Source: a virus. From it: a DNA stretch of 64,000 nucleotides. The first letter of the stretch is position 1, and every line of letters starts with the position of its first letter. The stretch is taken from IMG/VR virus record IMGVR_UViG_3300012929_000018, positions 18,503-82,502 of that record; one strand, given 5' to 3'. Position numbers and translations under genes: made by a program. The notes under the pieces were generated by a model. It was given only the letters and a program-made list of their open reading frames with translations, did not search any database and was not told where the DNA came from. Of this stretch, positions 24,460-33,790 are shown one piece after another.

Positions 24460-25038
24460 TTATGATGGTAGTGATACTGGCGCTGTCGGCGCTGGTAGCT
24501 GTGCCGTTGTGGGCGGCGTTTGAGTTTGCGATGCTTCCTTGGCATCTTCACCGGATGCATCGGAGACAATCTCGCCCTCGATCACGACGGGAGTAGGTTC
24601 ATCGTCGGCGCTCATCGCCTCATTGATGTTGATGAGTGTCTGTGATACCACATCCTGAGTGTCGAGACCTGCGGCGCGCCGAGCAATTTTGTCAGCGAGT
24701 TCAGCTTCGCGGAAATTGCTCGGCGCCTTGGCCTTCATCAATTTCAGCGAATCATGGGCTAAGTTGAAAGCTACCTTGCGGTGGTTTTCACCTTTCTCCA
24801 ACCATTCATCGGCTTTCTTGGCAATGGCATTCTCAGCGGCCTTTTCAGCGGCTCGCGTTTGGATAGCCCCGATCATGCGTGATACGAGCGTCAATCGCTT
24901 GCGGTTCACCCGCCTGCGAATGGTGTTCGCCGATACGCCAAATCGGGCCGAAAGCTCCTGAATGTTAAGGCATTCGGCGGTGGCTGCATCTTGAATGGCG
25001 ACCCAAGGGATACCTTTGGTGGGCGGTCTCTTCTCCAT
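24460..25038 (-). CDS. HTH protein, probable terminase small subunit
   Basis: N-terminal HTH (IQELSARFGVSANTIRRR), helical oligomerisation-like middle (DKIARRAAGLD), acidic tail with VIEGEIV typical of TerS. Confidence 0.6.
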   Translation of the reverse strand: MEKRPPTKGIPWVAIQDAATAECLNIQELSARFGVSANTIRRRVNRKRLTLVSRMIGAIQTRAAEKAAENAIAKKADEWLEKGENHRKVAFNLAHDSLKLMKAKAPSNFREAELADKIARRAAGLDTQDVVSQTLININEAMSADDEPTPVVIEGEIVSDASGEDAKEASQTQTPPTTAQLPAPTAPVSLPS

Positions 25039-25066
25039 GTGTGACCGCAACCTTACGACAAACTTT

Positions 25067-25545
25067 ATGGATAAGCAAGACGAAACGGTAGATCGTTGCA
25101 CCCGCATACGCGCGCCATGGACAAAGTGGCGTTTGTGTGTCGGCGTGGAGACGAAATACATGCCGATCGTTATGGCCGGGCTCTCTAACGAGGGCGCGCT
25201 CAAGGTCGGCATGATTACAGCTTGCCAGAGCAAGCTTGAGGGCGGGATTATTGTTCTACGCCCTTTACACGGAGCAAATTGATGGACATAAATCAAACGC
25301 ACGACGCCATCCAGAAGGCGATGAGCGACGCTAGGGAAACTCCCGAATACAAGCAAGAAGGCGAGGAACTGAAAAAGTTTAACCCGCGGAAGCGCGGTGG
25401 CGCTGCGTATCCTAAACGCAGCGGCATGTCACGGCGCAAGCTACGAGCAAAACAACTCGCGCCGCCGATCACACAGGAGCGCACGAATGCGTTGCTCGAC
25501 GCTGCGCTGAAAGTTTGGAGTTTGAAGCATGGATACACAGACTAA
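25067..25545 (+). other. Two small hypothetical ORFs (25067-25282, 25282-25545)
   Basis: Coupled TGATG junction. Confidence 0.5.
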
Positions 25546-26278
25546 CGACAGACCCAAGATGCGGATAGACTTCCCATCGCAATACGCGTGGGAACAATAC
25601 CTTCGCGACCAGCCTGTGCCAGCATTACTCGGCTATCGTTCGATGCTAGAAGTGGCACTCGACGCGCCAACCCCGCCCACGCAGCTACGCCTGGATATGC
25701 GCACGCGCACAGGTAATGTGCCGCATCATGCCAGTGCTGATGTGGTGAAGTCGGATTACTTGTCGAATGTTATGTCACCCATCGGGTTACAGAAGGTCGT
25801 GCGTAAGGTGTGCTCGGTCATTAAGAAAAGCGGCGTCGAGTTCGATTCGATTGCATTCCGTGGATTCAGTGGAGCGTTGGTTGCGCCGCTGGTCGCCTGT
25901 CGATTGAAGAAAGGATTCCTCGCGGTGCGCAAGCACAAGGATAACGAGGATTGTCATTCGAGCTATCCTGTCGAGGGCGCAGTCAAAGCGCATTGCCATT
26001 ACATAATCATTGACGACATTATCAGCAGCGGCGCAACCGTCTGGAACATCGTTACCGAACTCAACACTTTCAAATATATTGATGTTTCCACTAACGGGAA
26101 CACCGACTACCAGATCTTCAAACGCAAGTGCGTGGGTGTGTTCCTTTACAACTCATGGGTGAGCGATAAGGGTAAGGGACACGGCTTCGACTTCGAGACG
26201 CGCGAGATTCATGCTGCCTACGGTGCTGACACCGAGGATTCATTTCATCTGCCTGTTTGGTCGTTCTCGGCAAAATAG
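25529..26278 (+). CDS. Type I phosphoribosyltransferase-domain protein
   Basis: PRPP-binding motif YIIIDDIISSGATV; upstream FDSIAFRGFSGALVA and AVRK. Confidence 0.85.
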   Translation: MDTQTNDRPKMRIDFPSQYAWEQYLRDQPVPALLGYRSMLEVALDAPTPPTQLRLDMRTRTGNVPHHASADVVKSDYLSNVMSPIGLQKVVRKVCSVIKKSGVEFDSIAFRGFSGALVAPLVACRLKKGFLAVRKHKDNEDCHSSYPVEGAVKAHCHYIIIDDIISSGATVWNIVTELNTFKYIDVSTNGNTDYQIFKRKCVGVFLYNSWVSDKGKGHGFDFETREIHAAYGADTEDSFHLPVWSFSAK

Positions 26279-26280
26279 GC

Positions 26281-26310
26281 TTGACAACAACTAACGAAAA
26301 GGAGTAGAAC
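26281..26310 (+). promoter_or_regulatory. Sigma70-like promoter
   Basis: TTGACA-18 nt-TAGAAC. Confidence 0.5.
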
Positions 26311-26453
26311 GAATTTATGACCAGATTAAAACAATGGATTGCGTGGCGCTATCGCCACCACTTCGTGTTCAAGTGCATTCATCCACGCGGCTGTGAGTTC
26401 TGCTCGTGGTGTGGGTTTGGGCACTACCGAAGCAAGTATTGGGCGGGACACAG

Positions 26454-28406
26454 ATGAACGGACGAAACAAAAGCACTGCAACCCTGCCACCCTGCAACCC
26501 TGAACGGGGTAATCCGAACTTCGTGAGCATCATTGCTCAGTCACTGTGGTTCGTGGAAATGATGCCGCAGGGCTACAGGCACGGAGAGGAACGGCGCAAT
26601 GAGGTGTTCATGATGAACGTGACACCCGCTGAGTTCCAATGCCTGCAATACAAGAAGATGCGCGACTTCAAGCGAGTTCGCTTAGGTGAACAGGCGCTCG
26701 CGAATCATCGCAAGATCGACAATTTCAGGCCGATGTTCGGCACTCTGAGTCGGAGTCAACGACTCGCAAAACGGGAAAGGAAGAATGAAAGACGTAAAGA
26801 TAAAGCTAACGTTCCAACGTGTGCATAACATAGGCCGCGGCGGAACGGTCAACCAAAAGTATCAACTCAATCAAATTGAGAACGCGGTGACCGCGCGAGT
26901 TGCTAGCCCAGAGGCGGGCGCGTGGACGATCTATCGCGTGGGTGACATAGTGTCAGAGGCCCACGTGCAAGAGTTCGTCGCCGACAAACACTTCTACGAA
27001 GTGAAGGTGAAGTCATGACAGTTCAAGAATTCTACACCGACGAGAGTAAGTGGTGCAAGGACACGCTGTCAGACGGCAAAGGGGCGACGTGCCTACTCGG
27101 CGCGCTGTCCTCGTGTCATCAAACGAAGGGCGCCTACACGCAGGCATTGGGACAGCTTGTAGCTGCAATCCAAGCCTACGTGGGCTACACTTCGGTTGCT
27201 CGATTCAACGACGCCGAGACAACCACCTTCGCGGACATTGTGAAGGTAGTGAGAATGGCGGGTGTATAATGGAATCAATCAAAATGATTAAGCGTGACGT
27301 GGTGGGCGCGGGCACCGGGCCTAAGTTGTGCCCGGTCGCACGCGCGTTGAAGCGCCACTTCGGAGCGGAGCAATCAAGCTGTGGCTTCACAACATGCAAT
27401 ATCGAGATACGGAGCGGCCCTCGAACAGTCGAGCGGCGCTACTTCGATTTGGATAATAAAACTGCGGTGAAGATTCACAAATTCGAGGATATGCCGGGAA
27501 CTGAGGTTGGGCCTTGGCGCCTGCCTCACACAATCAAACTAACGGAGACCACATGAGCGTGGATACCAATCAAGATGAAACCAACCTGCGCTATGCGCTC
27601 ACACAACCAGACCGCACCGTGTATGAGAAACTACGCGCGCACCTGATTGAGCAGCATGGCTATGATGGGTTTCGTGAGATTCAAAGGAGTGCATTTCGCG
27701 TGCTCGCGAGTTTGTGCTCAGGATAATTTATGTTACTAAGCGAATGCTGTAGCGCCCCACCTTGGGGCACCGAAGAATACGGAATCTGTGGTGACTGCAA
27801 AGAGCATTGCGGATTCTATGACGACGAGGAACCTGTGCGCGAGCGCATGGAGTTCTCACCCGAACAACAGGCAATCATCGACAAGTTGATGCTGCCGGTA
27901 TGCGTGGAGTGCGATCAGCCAGTGGCTGTATTCAGCGACGGCGGCACACTCCACCACAACAACAGCGGACAGATCGACGCCGAGAGCGACGCCGATCATG
28001 CGCCGCGCATCAAGGAAGGTTGAATGAGCACATGGGCCAAGACTTTTGCGGCGGACCAGCACGCTAGGCGTGTATCTGGAATGCGAACATGGTCAGTGCG
28101 GTGCGATCAATGCGCCGTGCTGGTTATCAACAATGTGGTATGCCATGAGCACGGCTGCCCAACACAACGAAAGAAACGATGAACACAGAACAACGCAGAG
28201 ATGTGCGCGGGGCGCTGATTAAGGTCGGCTTCAACCGCGGATATAGCATCGGCGACGATCAGATCGAACGAGTAGTCCATGCCGTCGCCGGTGTGGAAGG
28301 TGAGCGCCGCAAAGGGTGTTACACCGAGCTATTCAAACACCCAGACGGGACGCTCGTGTCGGTAACGTGGGCTGAGAAAAGCCACCTTCCGTCGAGGAAC
28401 TGCTAA
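26454..28406 (+). other. Cluster of small hypothetical ORFs (26454-26828, 26785-27018, 27015-27269, 27269-27556, 27553-27726, 27730-28023, 28179-28406)
   Basis: Overlapping start/stop codons. 27015 carries W.K....G..CLLGA...FND, a pattern common in phage hypotheticals. Confidence 0.6.
26471..26502. repeat. 8-bp-period repeat array (CAGGGYTG family, 4 units)
   Basis: AAGCACTG CAACCCTG CCACCCTG CAACCCTG. Confidence 0.75.
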
Positions 28407-28412
28407 CAATTT

Positions 28413-29111
28413 ATGGCAAGGGAAACCAAACAACAAAGAAAAGAATCCAAGCTACAACGCGACCGCTTGCGGATTCTGCTAGACGTAGTGTCGCAACTAG
28501 ACGAGCACAAGCTCATAGCTGAGCAGGGCGTCTATGTTAAATTCAGCCCGAAGGTGTCCAGTCGTGCTATCAACAAGCGCGGCGACATGCAATCGAACCT
28601 CAATAACCTCGTGAGCAAGCGTAAGCCGTGCCGAGTGTGCGCGCTTGGCGCATGCTTCATCAGCGCGGTGACGTTGTTCGACAAGGTGCAGACTCAGGAC
28701 ATTCTGGCTGAGGAATTGCTTCTCAAGACGAACACTCGTGACGGGATTCGGCACGACGTTGAAGAAGCCAACATGCGCGAGAAGTTGCTGCCTTACTTCA
28801 ACTCGTTGGAGTTGGGCGTAATCGAAGCCTTGTTCGAGGACAAAGCGAACTTCATCGGCGGTGAGACGCAAGACTTCCCCGATCAAGATTTCGAGGATGA
28901 ACGTCAAGCATACGACGACGCGGCGATACTTCAACAATTGTTGAATGCGACCGACTCGACGGCTGACCGGCTGCGTTGGATTATGAACGCGGCGGCGAAC
29001 CTCGTCCACACTGGCAAAGCGATCAACGTGCGTGGTTTCAGAGACCAAGTGCTCGTATCGCTTGGCAGCGATGATTGGTTCAATTCAGTTCGAGACAGCA
29101 ACGACCTGTAA
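28413..29111 (+). CDS. Hypothetical protein (CRVCALGA motif)
   Basis: 232-aa ORF with RBS. Confidence 0.7.
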   Translation: MARETKQQRKESKLQRDRLRILLDVVSQLDEHKLIAEQGVYVKFSPKVSSRAINKRGDMQSNLNNLVSKRKPCRVCALGACFISAVTLFDKVQTQDILAEELLLKTNTRDGIRHDVEEANMREKLLPYFNSLELGVIEALFEDKANFIGGETQDFPDQDFEDERQAYDDAAILQQLLNATDSTADRLRWIMNAAANLVHTGKAINVRGFRDQVLVSLGSDDWFNSVRDSNDL

Positions 29112-29143
29112 TCATGTCAGCGCCTCGGTGACGGGGCGCTGCA

Positions 29144-29656
29144 ATGATTATGAGCAAAATACAACTAAAACCAGAAGCTGTGCGCCTATTGCGCGCAGTC
29201 CAAAAACAAATCCGTAAGGCGCCCACATCTTTCGATATGAGCGTCATCGCGGAGAAAGCCAAGTATAAGGAAATCACGGCAAGCGTGATTCTAAACAACG
29301 AGCTACTTCCGCCTTGCGGCACGACGGCGTGCATTGCAGGCTGGGTGCTGATCAAAAGCAATCAACCGTTCGAGGGTAATTCCCCGTTGAGTCGTGCTGC
29401 TGATATACTCGGCCTCAACAACGAAAGCGACGGAAGCGACTACGGACAGTTGTTCCTGTCGAGCAAGTGGCCCAAGTATAGTAAGCGCGACAATCAGCTT
29501 ATGCATAAGCTGTTTCGGTTGGACAAGATTCGCGACGACAAGCTCATCAACGGGCGGTCCACGCGTATCATCAACAGTCGCATCAAGCGGGTGATTAAGG
29601 AGCGCGGTCAGTTAGCGATCAAGCGCATCGACCTGCTGATCGACAAAGGAATATGA
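29144..29656 (+). CDS. Hypothetical protein (CGTTACIAGW motif)
   Basis: Motif recurrent in phage hypotheticals. Confidence 0.7.
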   Translation: MIMSKIQLKPEAVRLLRAVQKQIRKAPTSFDMSVIAEKAKYKEITASVILNNELLPPCGTTACIAGWVLIKSNQPFEGNSPLSRAADILGLNNESDGSDYGQLFLSSKWPKYSKRDNQLMHKLFRLDKIRDDKLINGRSTRIINSRIKRVIKERGQLAIKRIDLLIDKGI

Positions 29657-30558
29657 TTACAAAGCCGATGCTGGCGGGCAAGTGCTCGTCAGCAGCGCGC
29701 CTCACCTACCCGGTGCTGGCGACGCCCAAGTTAGATGGTATCCGCTGCCTTATCATCAACGGCAAGGCGGTGAGTCGGGCATTCAAAGCAATCCCGAACG
29801 ATTATATCCGATACACGATAGAAGCGTGTATAAATAGCTATCAATTCGATGGTGAAATCATCATCCCGAATCGAAGCTTCAACGACCTAAGCGGCGACGT
29901 GCGCCGTAAGGACGGGCGACCAACCAATTTCGAGTATCATGTATTCGATTACGTGCAGGAGTCCACGGCCTCATGCAACGGGTTGAAGGTCGTTTACAGT
30001 CAACGCATGCGCAACCTTGCAGCCCTGCAGAACCTAGCCCCGTTCGTGGTGAAGGTGCTGCCGGTTACAATCGCGAACGAAGCGGAGCTTCTCGCGTATG
30101 AGGAAGCCCAACTCGCTCTCGGTTACGAAGGCGTGATGGTGCGCGGGCCGAACAGCCCATACAAGTGCGGCCGTTCGTCGGAGAACGAAGGCTACTTGCT
30201 CAAGGTCAAACGATTCGAGGACAGTGAGGCCGTCGTCGTAGGGTATGAGGAACTCATGCACAACGATAACGTGGCTACGCGCGACGCCTTCGGGCGCACC
30301 GAGCGCAGCACGAACCAGGAAAACCTACGCCCCGCGGGCGTATTGGGCAAGCTGGTGTGCCAGTATCGCAACGCAGCCGGTAACATGGTTGAGTTCGGTA
30401 TCGGCACAGGGTATGACGCCAAGACCCGCGCGGAGTTGTGGGTTAAGCGCGACAAACTCAAGAACAAGATCGTGAAGTTCAAGCACCAGCCAAGCGGCGC
30501 CGACGAGCGCCCGCGGTTCCCGGTGTTCCTTGGATTCCGCGACAAGTGGGATATGTAA
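29653..30558 (+). CDS. ATP-dependent DNA ligase
   Basis: KLDGIR adenylation motif, FDGEI, YHVFD, EGVMVR, LLKVK, C-terminal OB fold PRFPVFLGFR. Confidence 0.95.
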   Translation: MITKPMLAGKCSSAARLTYPVLATPKLDGIRCLIINGKAVSRAFKAIPNDYIRYTIEACINSYQFDGEIIIPNRSFNDLSGDVRRKDGRPTNFEYHVFDYVQESTASCNGLKVVYSQRMRNLAALQNLAPFVVKVLPVTIANEAELLAYEEAQLALGYEGVMVRGPNSPYKCGRSSENEGYLLKVKRFEDSEAVVVGYEELMHNDNVATRDAFGRTERSTNQENLRPAGVLGKLVCQYRNAAGNMVEFGIGTGYDAKTRAELWVKRDKLKNKIVKFKHQPSGADERPRFPVFLGFRDKWDM

Positions 30559-30560
30559 TT

Positions 30561-31526
30561 ATGAACACAGGACAAATCATAGTGAGGGAAACTACCGCCA
30601 AACACAACGGACGTAGAATCGTCATGGTGTTCGGCGTGCTCGCGTTGGATGAGAACTCCAACCTGAAAGGCGAGCATCAATACACGGTGGTCGGCGGTGG
30701 CGGAAGCCTTCGCTTCGACGACCGTGATGGAAAGGACATGACCGCGCGGTCAATAGGCAACACGCCTGACGGCTTGCTGCGGGAACCAATATGGAAAGTA
30801 TGAAGATGACATTTGAAAGTGAAAATCGAAAATCGATCACCAAACCTAGATCATTGATCTGGCAGTATGGGGTTGTTGATAATGCCGACCGGGTGCGATA
30901 CCCTGCTCGGCGCAGCAAGATCACAGGACGGGTGCAGGTTAAGCTGCGCCTGTGTAATTGGGTAACCATTAACGAGAGATGGATGTTCAATCCAGCCCTT
31001 TGGGTTGACTTCCGATTATTTCTATGAAACTAACACTCGAACTGACAGAGGACCCCGAAGGCGGGTTCACAACCCGACGTGAGTGGTCGGGCACGAAGGA
31101 CGCGCCGCCGCTATTCATCAAAATAGCCCAGCGCCTCGAACTCGCGGTGCTGTCAACGCTAGACATGTTCAGCCATTCGCTCGGCACCGGCGAAGGCAAG
31201 ACCGAAGAAGAAGCGCGAATCAAATTAGACATTGACCGCTCCATTCGTAAGGCAGGGGAGCCCGAATAATGTTTACGTGGCATCCGATAAGCGAAGACCC
31301 GCCGCGCACCGGCTACTACGTGTTGGCGCACTACGGGACAATGACAGCGCACAACTTCTGGCGCGGGCACGACAAGCCGTGGATTAACCCCGAGGGGATA
31401 AAATACGGATGGGTGTCTGACCAATTCGGCAGAGACCCGTTGGCGTTCCGCCCTACCCACTGGATGTTCGTGCCATTTCCACCTTGCGAGGTTCCGCCAT
31501 CATGGGAAGCAAGACCAACAGGTTAG
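30561..31526 (+). other. Four small hypothetical ORFs (30561-30803, 30791-31027, 31024-31269, 31269-31526)
   Basis: Coupled ORFs; the last has a DUF551-like W.PI...PP...PTHWM pattern. Confidence 0.55.
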
Positions 31527-32002
31527 GAATTAAGACGGCGGTTAGCGATCGTGAAGCACGAACGCTCCGCTCGCTCGCGACCGGCCAGAGGGTGATCGAG
31601 GTAGGCTCGTTGCTCGGCTATTCAACTATCACGTTGGCTAGCCGGGCGACGCACGTTGACGCGATTGACCCGCACAACGGCTACCCATATTACAACCCTG
31701 TTCCCACGCTGCCCTGCTTCCTTGCAAACCTGCAACGGTGGGGCGTGGACGCAAAGGTGACGGCGCGGGTAGGGTTGGCGCAGGAGTGGCTGGATAAGTT
31801 GAAGGCCGACATGGCATTCATCGACTGCACCGGCTTCTATGAGGACACTAAGTTTTGCCTCAACCATGCGCAGGCAGCTGTAATAGCGGTGCATGATTTC
31901 GGGCGGCGGGGCTGCGATGGCGTGGCACGCGCCGTAATTGAATTTGTTAGAGAAAGAAACCGAGAGTTGTCGATGATCGACACTCTTGCAATCATCACAT
32001 GA
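31502..32002 (+). CDS. Class I SAM-dependent methyltransferase (Methyltransf_24-like)
   Basis: VIEVGSLLGYST, AIDPH, MAFID, IAVHDF. Confidence 0.85.
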   Translation: MGSKTNRLGIKTAVSDREARTLRSLATGQRVIEVGSLLGYSTITLASRATHVDAIDPHNGYPYYNPVPTLPCFLANLQRWGVDAKVTARVGLAQEWLDKLKADMAFIDCTGFYEDTKFCLNHAQAAVIAVHDFGRRGCDGVARAVIEFVRERNRELSMIDTLAIIT

Positions 32003-32004
32003 GC

Positions 32005-32017
32005 GCGCATAATGCGC
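32005..32017 (+). promoter_or_regulatory. GCGCATAATGCGC motif copy 5
   Basis: Exact copy before GAAAGGGA RBS and ATG 32032. Confidence 0.8.
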
Positions 32018-32031
32018 ACTAGAAAGGGAAA

Positions 32032-32572
32032 ATGAGATACAACATAATCGACAAGAAAAAGCCAACGTCGGTTGAGCCGACCGTCAACCTCTCGTTTGAG
32101 CGTGAGGAAGATGGTAGTGTAAACGTAATGGCGGATAGATGGTATATCCTTACGTTTGAAACCAATGGCAAAATCCAACGCTGCGCGTCTGTGCCCTCGG
32201 GCATCGGCTTCAAGGTGGATGAAAAAGGCCACGTGCTCACGACCAAGGAACTATGAAACCGCTAACAAGAAAGGTAACATGAAACAAATCAGAGAGTTTC
32301 CGTCGAGCTTAATGACGGGATACCAAACCTACACGCCCGGCAAGCTGCTCGACATTGCCGCGGAAATGACCCGCTCGGGTATCGAATCCATCGACTTCGA
32401 AATCGAAGAAGTATGGGAAAATTCCCACAGCATTCAATGTCGCGAGCGCAGGCTCGAGACCGATCAGGAATACATCGAACGCATCGAGAAAGATCGCAAG
32501 TTCGACGAACAGCGCGAGCAGTATGAGCACGCGACGTATCTCCGTCTTCAACGCAAGTTTGGAAAGCAATAA
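32032..32572 (+). other. Two small hypothetical ORFs (32032-32256, 32279-32572)
   Basis: Both have a GAAAGG RBS. Confidence 0.6.
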
Positions 32573-32872
32573 ACTATGAAATGGAAAATAAACATACTGT
32601 TCCCGTTCCTGATCGCATTCACGATCTGGGCGGGAGTAACCGGACACGTATCGTGGTGGACAATCGCCCTGATCGTGGCTAGCCATGCCGAAGTGAACGT
32701 TCACTTCACGATATGAGCGAAACCAACAATCAAGTAGCGGCGCGGGCAGTCCGTGATCTGCGCAGGCAAAAGCAACATCGACCCCAAGTATGGCGGACTG
32801 TGCGCGGCGAGCGCCGCGTCTACGTCTCCGACGGCGGCGGGTGTGTTGAGAGGGTAGAGTAACCTCGGTTTT

Positions 32873-33475
32873 TTGAGGGAAAAAATTTTTAGCGAAATAA
32901 CTAGCAAAAGTTTAATGAACCTGCCAAAATCGAAATCACTAATGAATGCGTTACTCTACTCACCAACGGGCGTGGCAGAGTATGACCCATCACGGGGCAT
33001 ATCCTACCCGCTTCCATTTGAACCTAGTCCCGAGGACTTTGCCTCTGGCCTCGTCGAGGAAAACCCGACGTTGCCTGACGAGGACACCGGCTCTGACTAT
33101 GCTACCTCTGATTATATGCAGCCCGAGTGGCGATCACTCCGCTCTGTGCTCGACCGTAACTTCGGCCCCGGCGGCGGTCGCTTCGTGTGGTATACCCACA
33201 CCGGCGAGGCGATGGACCCGGCAGACATGGCGACACCGCACGTATTCTATGCTCTGCGCATGGTCTGGAATCACAGCGTGCCGCGGGTAATGAAGGTCGG
33301 CGACGGCCCGAACTACCCTGACGTGCGCCTTTGGTGCGACGCCTACAAACAGGCAGCGATCACCACACTCGCGAATGAACTCGCGCAGCGAGACGACGAA
33401 CTGAATGAAGATTTGCGGATGGAGTTGTTCGAGATGGTTCAAAAGACCCTCGTCATTCTCCAACTCGGCCTGTAA
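32873..33475 (+). CDS. Hypothetical protein (start uncertain)
   Basis: Long ORF followed by a terminator. Confidence 0.6.
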   Translation: MREKIFSEITSKSLMNLPKSKSLMNALLYSPTGVAEYDPSRGISYPLPFEPSPEDFASGLVEENPTLPDEDTGSDYATSDYMQPEWRSLRSVLDRNFGPGGGRFVWYTHTGEAMDPADMATPHVFYALRMVWNHSVPRVMKVGDGPNYPDVRLWCDAYKQAAITTLANELAQRDDELNEDLRMELFEMVQKTLVILQLGL

Positions 33476-33496
33476 TTTCTCCCGTTGGTAACCCGC

Positions 33497-33533
33497 GTGG
33501 CGACGCTCGCAAGGGCGTCGCCACTTTTCTTTT
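33497..33533 (+). terminator. Rho-independent terminator
   Basis: GTGGCGACGCTC-GCAA-GGGCGTCGCCAC followed by TTTTCTTTT. Confidence 0.9.
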
Positions 33534-33558
33534 AACGATACAGGAGTATCATATCTGC

Positions 33559-33571
33559 GCGCATAATGCGC
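33559..33571 (+). promoter_or_regulatory. GCGCATAATGCGC motif copy 6
   Basis: Directly after the terminator and before the GAAAGGA RBS of the rII operon. Confidence 0.8.
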
Positions 33572-33590
33572 GCGAAAGGATCGAAATGAA

Positions 33591-33788
33591 ATGACTATGC
33601 TCAAACTGCGGCTGATGTTGTGGTTCGCCAAACAATTATTTAACTTGATCGTGACGTGGGAAGGCCCCAACGGTCGGGCTGTGATGTTCTTGGCAGCCAA
33701 TATACGCGACTTGAACTGCGGAGTGCGCAGCTACGTGGAAGCGTTAGACCAATCTTATATCGACAACGATAACAAACAGAAGGAGTAA
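33591..33788 (+). CDS. Hypothetical protein
   Basis: RBS-preceded ORF. Confidence 0.5.
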   Translation: MTMLKLRLMLWFAKQLFNLIVTWEGPNGRAVMFLAANIRDLNCGVRSYVEALDQSYIDNDNKQKE

Positions 33789-33790
33789 AC

